Assembly (NCBI GenBank): GCA_963817895.1
Contig: CAWFQB010000013.1
Coordinates: 1-62,175 of the forward strand
Origin: an uncultured Chthonomonadaceae bacterium
GTDB taxonomy: Bacteria; Armatimonadota; Chthonomonadetes; Chthonomonadales; Chthonomonadaceae
DNA length: 62,175 bases
Direction: 5' to 3'
The position numbers were made by a program, and so were the translations under genes. The notes below the pieces were generated by a model. That model saw only the letters and a program-made list of their open reading frames with translations, had not been told where the DNA came from and searched no databases. Below, piece after piece: positions 1-10,943 of this stretch (position 1 is the stretch's first letter; the number at the start of each line of letters is the position of its first letter).

Positions 1-381
1 GTCATCTACATCGTCGTTGCGGCGGCGGCCGTGGGCGCGCTGGGGTTCGCGCGCTTCTCGAACTCGCCCGAGCCGCTGGCGCTGATCCTGCGCGAGATCG
101 GGCAAGGGCGCGTCGCGACGATCGTCGCGGCGGCGGCGGCGATCGCGCTTCCGACGGTCATTCTCGGCTTTCTTTACGGGCAGAGCCGCATCTTCCTGGT
201 GATGGCGCGCGACGGGTTTTTACCCGCGGGCCTCGCCAAGGTGTCGAAGCGGGGCACGCCCGCGCGGATCACCGCGGTAACCGCGGTGTTCGTATCGGTG
301 ATCGCGGCGCTGACCCCGCTCGACGTGATCGCGAGCCTCGCCAATGCGGGGACGCTGTGCGCGTTCATCGCAGTCGCGTAG
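1..381 (+). CDS. APC-family amino acid permease, partial (5' end outside window, 3' end cut at ~380)
   Basis: Hydrophobic ORF with YGQSRIFLVMARDGFLP...GTP and LANAGTLCAF motifs. It stops abruptly where the transposase fragment ends, and the GC content is visibly higher than in the rest of the window. Confidence 0.8.
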   Translation, partial: VIYIVVAAAAVGALGFARFSNSPEPLALILREIGQGRVATIVAAAAAIALPTVILGFLYGQSRIFLVMARDGFLPAGLAKVSKRGTPARITAVTAVFVSVIAALTPLDVIASLANAGTLCAFIAVA

Positions 382-622
382 GCATGACGATAAAGGCATC
401 GGTATCTACGCCGGGATAGAAGTCAGGCAAATTACGCCACACCGTTTCAATCATACGGCCTGCGTCATTGAGGCGCATCTGTCCGTCAACAATGTCGCCA
501 AACAGGTTCTCTCGATTTTGGACGCAACAGGTCACAAAATACGCGCCAGCGCGAGCGTAGTCGTATCCGTTGAGCCGGATGGAGCGGCGGTGATGTTTGT
601 CGGGATCATATCTGGTGGTCAT
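365..622 (-). mobile_element. REP-associated tyrosine transposase (RAYT/Y1 HUH), N-terminal part only
   Basis: RRSIRLNGYDY...GAYFVT.C...FG.I..G.M.LN.AG...FIVMP; the frame ends just before the expected NH-x-H motif. Confidence 0.85.
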
Positions 623-637
623 GTTGCAGTCTCTTTA

Positions 638-821
638 AGGGCAGGCACGGAGACCTGCCCCAACGCGGAGGATTGCCCCAATATCGGTGAATTGTGCGTT
701 CGAAATAACGCGAACAATGTAGGGGCAGGTCTCCGTGCCTGCCCCTGCGGTGTGCCTGCCCCATTATTTCCGCGCAGGCACACCGCACACCGCAGGGGCA
801 GGCACGGAGACCTGCCCCTAC
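638..821. repeat. REP family 1: three copies; 719-745 and 795-821 form a perfect inverted doublet
   Basis: gtaggggcaggtctccgtgcctgcccc (719-745), its exact reverse complement (795-821) and a third copy at ~638-664, directly upstream of the RAYT start. Confidence 0.85.
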
Positions 822-2894
822 ACGGTATTGGTTTCGATTAGGATTTCGCCAAGCAGACCTTCGGTTTCGCGCTCTAAGGCTTCGATGTCGGCGCGGATTT
901 CGTCCAGCGAACGCAGCGGCTGCGGCTTGTAGAAATAGCGCGTGAACGAGATTTCATAGCCGATTTTGGTGGCGTCCGCGTCTATCCAGGCGTCGGGAAC
1001 GTAGGGCTGCACTTCGCGGCAGAAAAAGGCTTCGATGCCGCCCGGTTCCAGAAGCGGAACCTGCTCCGTATCGCGCAGTTCGGGGTCGGGTTCGTATTCG
1101 GTCGCGCCTTTGACGCGCCGAACGATGGGGGCGGCGGTTTCGTCCCGCACGGCAAGCGCGGACTGAAGCAGTTTCAGCCGCTTTGGCAGGCAGCTTCATG
1201 CTGTGTTTTGCCGCGTCCCGCGTGATGGCGTCTGCAAACACGTTGTAGTCGGTGTGCGGGCCGGGGCCAAGCGTGACGGCGACGCGCTCCACGATGCTCG
1301 CCAGCGGTTCCTCTTTCGCTGTCCGCACAGGCTTTCCGAAACGCCGCCAGAGTGCTCCGGCGACAGGGACACGGACAGCCGCAGGGGACGCTCGACCATG
1401 ATCTTCCAGTACCCGAACGCCTCATTGGGGAAAATCCGGCTCTGTTCCGTTTCCTCAAACGCCAGAAACGTGTCCAGAATGCGCTGCTGGTCGGCGTGGG
1501 ACAGTTCGCAGTTCTTCTTGCCGAGGTTTTTGCGCAGGGGCTTGAACCATTGCGTCGCGTCAATCAACTGCACCTTGCCGCGCCGATGATCGGGCTTGCG
1601 ATTGGACAGCACCCAGATATAGGTGGCGATGCCCGTGTTGTAGAAGATGTTGAGCGGCAGGGCGATAATCGCTTCCAGCCAGTCGTTCTCGCAAATCCAG
1701 CGGCGGATATTGCTTTCGCCCTGCCCCGCGTCGCCCGTGAACAGGGACGAGCCGTTATGCACTTCGGCGATGCGGCTGCCGTGCGGCGCGTCCGGCTTCA
1801 TCTTGGACAGCATGTTGACCAGAAACATCAACTGCCCGTCCGAGGAGCGCGTCAGCAGGCTGTATTCCGGGTCGCCCGCGTGGGTAATCATAAAACGCGG
1901 GTCGCTCATGTTCTTCTTGCCGTCCCATCGGTTGAGATCGGCCTGCCACGATTTGCCATACGGCGGATTGGAGAGGAGAAAATCAAAGCGGCGGTTGCTG
2001 ATACTCGTCCTGCGACAGGGTGGAGGCGAGCCGGATATTGTCGGCGTCCGCGCCCTCGCCTTTCAGCAGCAGATCGGCTTTGGCAATGGCGTAGGTTTCC
2101 GGGTTCACCTCCTGCCCGTACAGGTGAATGGAGGGCGTTACGCTGCGCTGCGCGGCCAGTTCCAACAATCGCTCTTCCGCAACCGTCAGCATCCCGCCCG
2201 TGCCACAGGCCCCGTCGTAAACGTGGTAACTTCCCGGCGTGATCGTATCGGCAATCGGCAGCAAAATCAAGTCCGCCATCAGCCTGACCACATCGCGGGG
2301 CGTCCAGTGTTCCCCGGCCTCCTCGTTATTATCTTCGTTGAAGCGCCGTATCAGTTCCTCAAAGATCGTCCCCATAGAGTGGTTGTCAAGTCCGGGCAGG
2401 CGTTCCGTGCCATCATCGTTGAGAACGGGGTTGGGCGACAGGTTGATTTTATCGCTAAGAAACTTATCCAGCAGGCCGCCGATAAGGTCCGCTTCGGCCA
2501 GATGCGGTATCTGGTTACGAAACTTGAACTTATCCAGAATGGTACGCACATTCTCGGAGTAGCCGTCCAGATACTCCTCAAAATCGGCTTTCAATTGCGC
2601 CTGCTTCGTCTGCTTCTTCAAATCGCGCAGGGTAAACTTCGACGTGTTGTAGAACGCCTGCCCTGCTTCGGAACGCAACGCGGCTTCCTTATCAATGACG
2701 CCCGCATTATCCAGCATCGCGTTCATAGCGAGAACGGCCTGCTTGGTGTCTTCGAGCAGGGCGTCCAATCGGCGCAAAACCGTCATCGGCAAAATCACAT
2801 CCCGATACTTGCCACGCACGTAGTAATCGCGCAGAACGTCATCGGCAATATTCCATATAAAACTAACAAGACTGCTATGCAGCGCCTGATCCAC
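818..2894 (-). CDS. hsdM: Type I restriction-modification methyltransferase subunit (split by frameshifts)
   Basis: FIWNIADDVLRD..RGKYRDVILPMTVLRR, YDGACGTGGML, NPPYGKSW (at ~1950-1975, outside the called ORFs), HNGSSLFTGDAG, C-terminal KIGYEISFTRYFY. Pieces: 2894-1983, 1909-1196, 1328-954, 1150-818. Confidence 0.9.
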
Positions 2895-2961
2895 TCAGTT
2901 CTCCTCTTCTCTTTTTCTCTTCTTTTCTTGGTGTTCTTGGCGTCTTGGTGGTGAAAAACTC

Positions 2962-4374
2962 CTACTCCCCCGTCGCGCCCTCCACCTGCCCCCGGTAGTT
3001 CGGCGCGGACAGGGCGGCGGCTTCTACGGCTTCGGGAAAACTCGGATACGCATGCATCGTGTCGGCAATGGACGTGACGGGTAAATGGTGCTTCATGCAG
3101 ATGGCGAGTTCGGCGATGATGCTGGACGCCTGCGGGCCGATCAGATGCGCCCCCAAAATCTGGCCGTCCAGTTCGTCCAGCACCAGTTTTACCATGCCTT
3201 TGGGTTCGCCGTGCAGAATGGCGCGGTCTAGATCGGCAAACGAGAACGTCCGCGTCACCACGTCCATGTCTTTTTCACGCGCCTCTTTTTCCGTGCAGCC
3301 GATGCTGGCGACTTCGGGATCAATGTAGGTGCAGCGGGGAACGACGCGGTGATCGAACGGCTCCGGCTTGTCGGCAAAGGCGTTCATGGCGACGAGTTTG
3401 CCCTCGTAACTGGCGACATGCGTAAACAGATAGCCGCCTGTAATATCGCCCGCCGCCCATATATGCGGCACGGATGTGCGCAAATAGTGGTCGGTCTTGA
3501 CGTGGCGTGGATCAGAATCCAGTCCGGTCGCGCCGATGTTCAGCCCCTCGAACGCCCCCATGCGCCCGATGGATACCAGTATCTCGTCACAAACCAAATC
3601 TTCACTGCCGCCCGCATGGTGAACGCGGAGTTGCTTGGCGGTTATGCCGTTCTGCGCCTTCTGAACGCTTTCCACCTGAACGCCCGTGAGGATGCGAATA
3701 CCCTCTTCGGTTAAGAACTGCGCCACCAGTTGAGAAATATCTTCATCCTCGCGGGGCAACACGCAACTGTCGCGCTCCAGAACCGTGACTTCCGCGCCGA
3801 AACGCCGGAATATCTGCGCGAATTCCAGTCCAATCGGCCCCGCGCCCAAAACCACCATACGTTTCGGCAAAGATTCTAAATGTACGGCCTCGCGGTTGGT
3901 AATGAAACCGGCTTCCGCCAGTCCGGGGATGGACGGCACGGCGGGTACGGTTCCCGTCGCGATAACGATTTGCTTGCCCGTAATCACCTCATCGCCCATG
4001 CGGACTTCATGCGGACTCTCGAACTGCGCCCGCGTCTTGAAGAACGTGCCGCCCACTTTGCCCAACCCGCCATCCAGCGAGGGCGAATCTCCCTCTACGC
4101 GATGCACCGCGCGTTCTTTATAGGCCATCGCGTCCGCGAAATCGGCTTTGGTCACTTCGGCATGGATTCCGAACTCCCGGCAATTGCGTACCGTATGCCA
4201 CACCTCCGCCGCGCGCACCATCGCCTTTGTCGGCACGCAGCCGGCCCAGAAACACTCCCCGCCCACTTCGCGCTCTTCAGCCATTGCCACTTTGCGCCCT
4301 AATTTGGCGGCAGTCCGCGCGGCCTTCAGCCCCGCCGACCCGCCCCCGATAACAATCAAATCAAACTCCTGCAC
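2962..4374 (-). CDS. Flavoprotein disulfide reductase (dihydrolipoamide dehydrogenase/MerA-like family)
   Basis: GGGSAG FAD motif, GGECFWAGCVPTK redox disulfide, GAGPIGLEFA, AAGD, HAYPSFPE; no C-terminal Cys pair as in MerA. Confidence 0.85.
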   Translation of the reverse strand: MQEFDLIVIGGGSAGLKAARTAAKLGRKVAMAEEREVGGECFWAGCVPTKAMVRAAEVWHTVRNCREFGIHAEVTKADFADAMAYKERAVHRVEGDSPSLDGGLGKVGGTFFKTRAQFESPHEVRMGDEVITGKQIVIATGTVPAVPSIPGLAEAGFITNREAVHLESLPKRMVVLGAGPIGLEFAQIFRRFGAEVTVLERDSCVLPREDEDISQLVAQFLTEEGIRILTGVQVESVQKAQNGITAKQLRVHHAGGSEDLVCDEILVSIGRMGAFEGLNIGATGLDSDPRHVKTDHYLRTSVPHIWAAGDITGGYLFTHVASYEGKLVAMNAFADKPEPFDHRVVPRCTYIDPEVASIGCTEKEAREKDMDVVTRTFSFADLDRAILHGEPKGMVKLVLDELDGQILGAHLIGPQASSIIAELAICMKHHLPVTSIADTMHAYPSFPEAVEAAALSAPNYRGQVEGATGE

Positions 4375-4393
4375 GTTGGTTCCTTTCAGGAAA

Positions 4394-4523
4394 GGTTTCA
4401 GGTATCAGGTTTCAGGTTTCAGGAGGTTCGGCATGGAAGCGTGGGCAAAATAAACCGCGCCTCTGCCGATCCCATGCTTTAATCGCTGTCCCCTGAAACC
4501 TGAAACCTGAAACCTGAAACCTG
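4394..4523. repeat. Inverted pair of heptamer arrays (TTTCAGG)n / (CCTGAAA)n
   Basis: Arrays at 4394-4423 and 4492-4523; the second encodes the esterase C-terminus QVSGFRFQVSG. Confidence 0.85.
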
Positions 4524-5302
4524 TTGCAATGCTGCCCGTATCGCCCGATCCCAGTAGGGCAGCGTGTGATGGCCCGGTGTTTCTATATACGTGTGCCGGT
4601 AGCCGATATAGTCGAGATGCTGATGAAAGCGGCGGTTTGATTCGATGAGCGGGTCTTGCAGGCCGCAGGCGAGATATAGATTGGGACGCGCAGGCGGCCA
4701 GGTGGAAAGCGCGTCTTCCGCCAGAGAAAACACATTCGAGGCGCGGCGCAGGGCGGCGTTCTGCTGTACATCGCCAAAAACGGGATGCGGTTCCGCGCGC
4801 GCGTAATCTCGAACGCGCCGCTGAAACTGAGAGCGAGAGAAAACATCTGCCCGTACTTCAGCGCGATTTTGATGGCTCCCTGCCCGCCCATGCTCATGCC
4901 GCCAATCGTCCAATTCTTGCCGGGGGGCAACAGGGGCCAGTTTTGCTGAAGATGCGGCAAAAAGTCCTGCATCAAATCGTCTTCGTAATTGGCCTGTCCA
5001 TCGTAAGCGTTCGCGTACCAGCCCTCGCCGCCTTCGGGAAACGCGAGGAACATTCCCACTGACGCGGCATAAAACGCGAGGCGCGTTTGTTCCGGCCAAA
5101 CGCGATAGTTGGCTTTTCTGCCATGCAGCAAAATCAGCAGGGGATAGCGCGTGTCCGAAGGCGTTTGTTCCGCGTCGAATTCGGGCGGGGCGAAATAAGC
5201 GTAAGACTGTTCGCGTCCCAGCGCGCGGGAAAAATATGCGCCGGTATGCAGGGGCAATGGCGTCACCCCCTGAATGGCAGCATCGTCATAACGAACGAGC
5301 AT
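4479..5302 (-). CDS. Alpha/beta-hydrolase esterase (FrmB/tributyrin esterase-like), frameshifted
   Basis: YPLLILLHG, GMSMGG nucleophile elbow; LACGLQD and PGHHTLPYW in the second frame. Confidence 0.8.
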
Positions 5303-5329
5303 TGCAGTTCACCTCGTAAAAAGAACGTT

Positions 5330-5453
5330 GTAGGGACACAACTTGTTGTGTCCTCTTCCGGCGACCTGTCTTCTCCCGGTAGAGGAGAGAGCGGACACAC
5401 ATAGCCCCTGCGGACACAACTACCGAGGAGGACACAACAAGTTGTGTCCCTAC
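5330..5453. repeat. REP family 2 inverted doublet, copy A
   Basis: gtagggacacaacttgttgtgtcctc (5330-5355) and its exact reverse complement (5428-5453), with internal partial gcggacaca copies. Confidence 0.85.
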
Positions 5454-5479
5454 GAACGCTTATTTGAACGGCGTTGAGG

Positions 5480-7336
5480 TTATTCCGTCGCCTTTATGCT
5501 GGAAACCTCCACGCTTTCTGACGGGACAGATTCTCCTGAATGTACGGGGACGGAACCCGTTTCTCCCTGTATCACTGCCTGCCCGAAGAGGTTCGCCAGC
5601 GATTGCACCTGTTCGCGCAATTCGGCTACCTGCTGCGTCAGGTCCCGCGCGAGTTCGCTCTCGCTATGGGTTGCCGTCGGCGTGGTATGGTTCAACGCCT
5701 GCATCAGCCGCGCGCCGTCCGGCGAACCCAGCCCGGTACACGGGTCCCATCCGGCTTTGGCGCGATAACTGCCGTTGTTGCCCGAAGTGATGTCGTGGAA
5801 CGCGCCTGTTCCGGTTTGCGCGTACAGCAACGGATTCAGAAAGCCCGCTTTGTGGCCGATGCCCTGATTGATGCGGGCGGTAAGCGCGGCCCACATCGGC
5901 GCGGACGCGCTGGTTCCGCCAATCTGCTGCTGTGTGCCGTTGTTATCCACAATGAGCAGGCCCGTGGATGGATCGGCTACGGCGGCAACATCGGGAATTC
6001 CGCGCCCGATATGGTGGCCGGGATTCACTGACGAGGGGACATGAGCGTTTTGCTGATACGTCGGCAGCGCGAAGAGGGCGCTGATGCCGCCCCCGCCCGC
6101 GCTTCCCGGCCCGTCGTTCCAGACGGTTTCCTGCGTAATGCCCGTCGCGTTGGCAAGCAGGCTGGTTCCTCCCACGCCTGTGACAAACGCGCTGCTGGAC
6201 GGATAATCAGCGTGCGCCAGGCCATCCTGTGGGCCGTCCGGGGAGCCGTCGTCGCCGGAAGCGGCGAAAATGCTCAGGCCTTTGGCTGCCGCCACCTTGA
6301 ACGCTAAATCCGCCTGCACGATAGCCCCATGCGTCCACAAACTGCCGCGCGTGTTGGCGTTGGCGGCATCGGAACTGGTTTCCGGGTTGCCGTAGCTGAT
6401 GGAACATATCGAGGGGCTGTGCGTCGTATCGTTAGCCACCGCCTGGAGGACATCCACCCAGCCGACTTCCGTAAACTCGGAGAAATACACGACGATTTTC
6501 GCGCCGGGAGCCAGCAGTCCCACCATCTGAATATCAAGCATGATCTCGCCGGACACGTCGTTGGGGTCATTGCCGTTGTTGGGCGTGTTGCCCGGCCCAT
6601 GCACGACCACATTCGATATTTGCGGCAGGGGAACGCCGAGCTTGTTAAAATAGTTTTGCAAGGCTGTCGTATTGTAGCCGCCCGGAGCGCTTATGCCCGT
6701 ATCGGCAATCTGGCCGTTGAACGCCAGAATTGCCACTGTCTGCCCCGCGCCGTTCAGATTGGCGGGAAAGTCGTACAGTTTCGCGAGCGAGGTGGGGAGA
6801 AACGGCTGCTTCTGGCTTTTCACTTTCGCCTTCATCACGCGCTGATACGAATAGCCGACGCGCCGGTTGTCAAGTCCAAAAATCGAGTGGACATGGGGAA
6901 CGAACTCGGCGGGCAGGTTCAGCGCGCCCACGCGCCCGCGATAATCGCCGGTAGGGTGCGCGTACTGTTTCACGTCCACGCCAAGCGCCTTCTGGAAATC
7001 GCCCACTGTGCCGGATACATGCAGGACATGGTCGGGATGAGGACCGGCAGGCTGCTTGATTGTAATGCCGTTATCCGCAAGGTAGCCCTGAACATCGGCA
7101 ACCATTTTGGGGTCAGGCTGCAAACATGCCGCCGCTTCCTGATGCGTGTAGTAGCGGCGGTTACGCGGAGCGGTAGAACTGAACTCGATTACATCGGGCA
7201 GCAGGGGCGCGTTCGCGGCCTGGCGAAAGTACACGGACACATGGTTCAGCGCCTGCTGCGGGTCTACATCCCCGATGATTTCAGCGCCGGGTAATGGGCG
7301 GCGAACGCTGCCCGGAAGGGGAACAAGATTAGCCAT
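5480..7336 (-). CDS. S53 sedolisin/kumamolisin-like protease with prodomain
   Basis: EIMLD, ASGDDG and GGTSASAP catalytic motifs, GWDPCTGLGSP; start taken at MANLVPLPGS. Confidence 0.9.
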   Translation of the reverse strand: MANLVPLPGSVRRPLPGAEIIGDVDPQQALNHVSVYFRQAANAPLLPDVIEFSSTAPRNRRYYTHQEAAACLQPDPKMVADVQGYLADNGITIKQPAGPHPDHVLHVSGTVGDFQKALGVDVKQYAHPTGDYRGRVGALNLPAEFVPHVHSIFGLDNRRVGYSYQRVMKAKVKSQKQPFLPTSLAKLYDFPANLNGAGQTVAILAFNGQIADTGISAPGGYNTTALQNYFNKLGVPLPQISNVVVHGPGNTPNNGNDPNDVSGEIMLDIQMVGLLAPGAKIVVYFSEFTEVGWVDVLQAVANDTTHSPSICSISYGNPETSSDAANANTRGSLWTHGAIVQADLAFKVAAAKGLSIFAASGDDGSPDGPQDGLAHADYPSSSAFVTGVGGTSLLANATGITQETVWNDGPGSAGGGGISALFALPTYQQNAHVPSSVNPGHHIGRGIPDVAAVADPSTGLLIVDNNGTQQQIGGTSASAPMWAALTARINQGIGHKAGFLNPLLYAQTGTGAFHDITSGNNGSYRAKAGWDPCTGLGSPDGARLMQALNHTTPTATHSESELARDLTQQVAELREQVQSLANLFGQAVIQGETGSVPVHSGESVPSESVEVSSIKATE

Positions 7337-7601
7337 CGTTACAAGCCCTCCAATTTTCAACACTCGTGTAAAATGTTCCGGCCAGAATTGCGGAAACAGG
7401 CGGCAGGGAAAGGCGCGCGTTCTTTCCCTCGCTGAAAACGGGAACATTCGTTTTCAGCGCCACGAGTCGTTCTGCAAACTCTGGTAATTCAGTATATGCC
7501 AGAACTCGCATTTTTACGATGATTTTTTCTCGTCACGCGCAAGGATTTACATCCCCGCATGGCGAATCAAGCGTAACACTATAGCGACATAGAGGTCAAT
7601 T

Positions 7602-10600
7602 TTGATGCGACGTAATAACAATCCCCTGCTTCTCCTGACGCTGCTTGCGGCTTCTGTTGGCATGGGCACAGCAGTCCGCGCTGACGACGGCATGTTTCCC
7701 GCCGCGCCTGCCGCGAAAGCCGCCATTGATTACGACGGCAAGGGGTTTCTCCTGAGCGGCAAGCGGACGTTTATCGCGTCGGGCAGCCTGCACTACAGCC
7801 GCGTTCCCCGCGCTCTGTGGCGTGACCGGCTGCTGCGCATCAAGCGGGCGGGCTTCAACACCGTAGAAACCTACGCCTTCTGGAATTTTCACGAACTTCA
7901 GGAGGGCAAATGGAATTTTGCGGGCGACCACGATTTCAACGCCTATCTGAAACTCATCCACGAACTGGGCATGTACGCCATTGTGCGCGTCGGCCCGTAT
8001 GTGTGCGCCGAGTGGGACAGCGGCGGCTATCCCGTTTGGCTGCGCTTCAAACCTGGCATCCGGGTGCGCGAACACAACCCGCAATTCGAGGCTTGCGTGG
8101 ACAGATGGTTCGAGAAGGTCATGCCCATTGTGGCCGCCAATCAGATACACCGGGGCGGCGCGGTCATTATGGTTCAGTTGGAAAACGAGCATCCGCAGGG
8201 CTGGGGGCGCGAAATGCCCAACGGCTATTTTACGCATCTGCGCGACAAGGCCCTCGCGCTTGGCCTGGAAGTGCCGTATTTTTTCAGCGGCCTGCATCAC
8301 GGACATGATCCCGCCGGCAATCGTCCCTGGGACAGCGCGGGCCGTGCCAATCCCTGGTTTACCACCGAGTTCTGGCCCGGATGGTACGACCTGTACGGGG
8401 AGTTGAGCGCGCGGGACTTGCGGACGTATGAGCGCGGAACGTGGAAAATCCTCGCGTATGGCGGCAACGGCTACAATTTTTATATGCTGCACGGCGGCAC
8501 GAATTTCGATACGTGGAACGACGATGAGGTTGCCAGCAATTACGATTACGGTTCCGCTGTGGGACAAACCGGCGATTTGCGGACAATCTACTACCGTTTC
8601 AAGCGCGCGTCGCTGTTCGCCCGCAGTTTTGCCGATGTGCTGGAAAACAGTTCGGAACGCGACGGATGAGGTCAAGAACGATGTGGTCAGCGGCAACGTT
8701 CGCCTGACCGCCCGTAAAAGTCCGGCGGGAACCCTGCTGTTTGTGGATAACCCGTCCAATCAGCCCGTTGTGGCGCGGATACGCAAACCCGGCGCTTCAG
8801 CGAATTCAAGCACTTCAGGGAATTCAGGCGGGGCGGAGGCAGACAACGCGATCACGCTGGAACTGGCTCCGGGCGAAATCGTGCCGCTTGCCCGTAATGT
8901 CGCGCTTGGTTCCGATGTCACGCTGGCATCGTCCGCGTGTCGCATATTGGGCGTTGCCGATCAGGGAAACACCACCACGCTTGTCATCTACGACGCTTCT
9001 GTCGGCACACAGGAGCAGCGCAACGACGCCAACCTTACGCTTGCGCACCACGCGGAACTGCATTTCCGCGTTGCGGAGGGGAAGGCAAGACTGGTTACTG
9101 CCGGTAACGGCTGGACGATGGACGCGGATACGCGGGGCGTGACGCTGCAAACCACCTTTGCGCCACAGGGCGTGGGCGAGTACACCTTTAAGGCGGGGAT
9201 GCACAAGTTTCGTGTCCTCGCCGTGAGCAGCGATCTGGCCGACCGGACGTATTTCGCGGACGCGGGCGGGCAAACCTATATCATCGGCGGCTTCCCCTAT
9301 GTCGGCGAGGTACAGGCGAAGAACGGTGGCCTGCATGTTGTCGCCGAAGAGTACGCGCGGCGTTTGCCTATTCCCGATGCCGACGTTTTCGCGTATGGGC
9401 CGGAGGATCAACCCCTGAGCCTTCAAGTCGCGCGCCGAGAAGAGTTGTCGGGAGGGAGGGGAGTGAACTTCCGCCCGGAACAGATTACGCCTCCCACCCT
9501 CGGCGCATGGCAGTCATACGAGGCGGACGCGCCCGCAAGCAGCGCCTATCTGACGGGCAACTGGAAGTACAACCCGCAGCCGCTGCAAATGGGCGTGGAT
9601 GGCGACACGAGCGCGTATGCCTGGTATCGGACGGTCGCGCAGGCGGGCAAGGACGGCACTATCAATCTCAAATTCGCGGATGTGGGGGATTGGATCGCGG
9701 TTTGGGCCAACGGCAAGCGCGTGACGGTTGGAGACAAAAACATGGAACCCCGGCAGCGGTTCACGACCCCGCTTTCGCGTACCGTTGCCGTGCCACTGAA
9801 AGCGGGCGCGAACACCATTGCCGTTTTCGCCGCGCACTACGGACGCAACAAACTGTTCAACCATCTTGGCCCTATAGATCAGGTGGCGGCGAAAGGATTG
9901 AACGGACCGGTCACGCTTTCCAAAAACGCGGGCGCGGAGCAGGCCATATCCAAATGGCAGTGGAAACCGGCAACGGGCGCAGCCGCTTCCGGCCTGACTA
10001 TGCTGCCCGCAGATGTCAACGGGGGCGCGGACTGGAAAACGCTGGACGAGCCGAAAACAGACGTGTTCAACAAGCAGCGCGGGTTCGCGTGGTTCCGCGC
10101 CACTCTGGACGCTCTGCCTGGCCAGCGCCATACCCTGCGCTTTGAGGACGTGGACGACAACGCCACAATTTATCTGAACGGTACAAAAGTGGGAGAACAT
10201 AAGGGTTGGGGGCAGGCGTTTGACGTTCGGCTGGATGGGGCGTGGAAAGCGGGACAGGCCAATCAGGTTGTGGTTCTGGTGGAAAACACGGAAAACACGG
10301 GCGGCATTACGGGCGCGGTCACGCTGCTCGGCTCCAATCCCGGCGACGAAACGGAACTGCGCGGCTGGAAAATGCGTGGCGGCATTGACGATCCAATGAA
10401 AATTACCGCCTGGCACTCACTGCGAGATAGTTCCACCGCAACTGGCGTTCCCACGTTTTTCCGTACCGACTTCAACACGGATTCAAACAGCCTGCCCGAT
10501 AAGCCGGGGTCGCATCCCATTCTGCGCGTCACGCTGACCGGACTTTCGCGGGGCTTCATCTGGCTCAACGGCCACAATCTGGGCCGCTACCCGGAGAAAG

Positions 10601-10758
10601 TGCCGATTAAATCTATCTATTTGCCCGAATGTTGGCTGAACCGGGGCAAGAACACGCTGGCGATTTTCGATGAGGAGGGCAACACGCCCCTGCAAACGCG
10701 GCTTGTCGTTGAACCCGCCACCAGCCGCCATATTACCGAGTACGCGGCGACGCTCTAA
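7602..10758 (+). CDS. Secreted GH35 beta-galactosidase with C-terminal jelly-roll domains (frameshift ~8655)
   Basis: SGSLHYSRVP, GFNTVETY, GPYVCAEW, QLENE, TTEFW, YMLHGGTNF, YDY; C-terminal GFIWLNGHNLGRY...YLPECWL. Confidence 0.9.
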
Positions 10759-10760
10759 TA

Positions 10761-10871
10761 TCAATCCCGTTCAAATGAGCGTTCGTAGGGACACAACTTG
10801 TTGTGTCCTCCTCTGCCATTGCGTAATGCGGACACAACCGGCAATGCGGACACAACAAGTTGTGTCCCTAC
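10761..10871. repeat. REP family 2 inverted doublet, copy B
   Basis: Same 26-mer at 10785-10810 with an inverted partner at 10848-10871. The flank tcaatcccgttcaaatgagcgttc matches the reverse complement of 5454-5477. Confidence 0.85.
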
Positions 10872-10943
10872 GGGGTTGTTTTTGTGGGAAATGACCTCAT
10901 TTGAACGGTGTAGTGTGGTTCGCTCACACAGGAAAACATTTAT

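Noticed and set aside
1352..2954. Long antisense ORFs (e.g. 1647-2954+, also 7596-8759-, 10761-12263-, 20492-21682+)
   Set aside because: Shadow ORFs of GC-rich genes on the opposite strand, with no recognisable motifs.
2962..4374. Mercuric reductase merA
   Set aside because: No N-terminal HMA domain, no C-terminal Cys-Cys pair and no mer operon.
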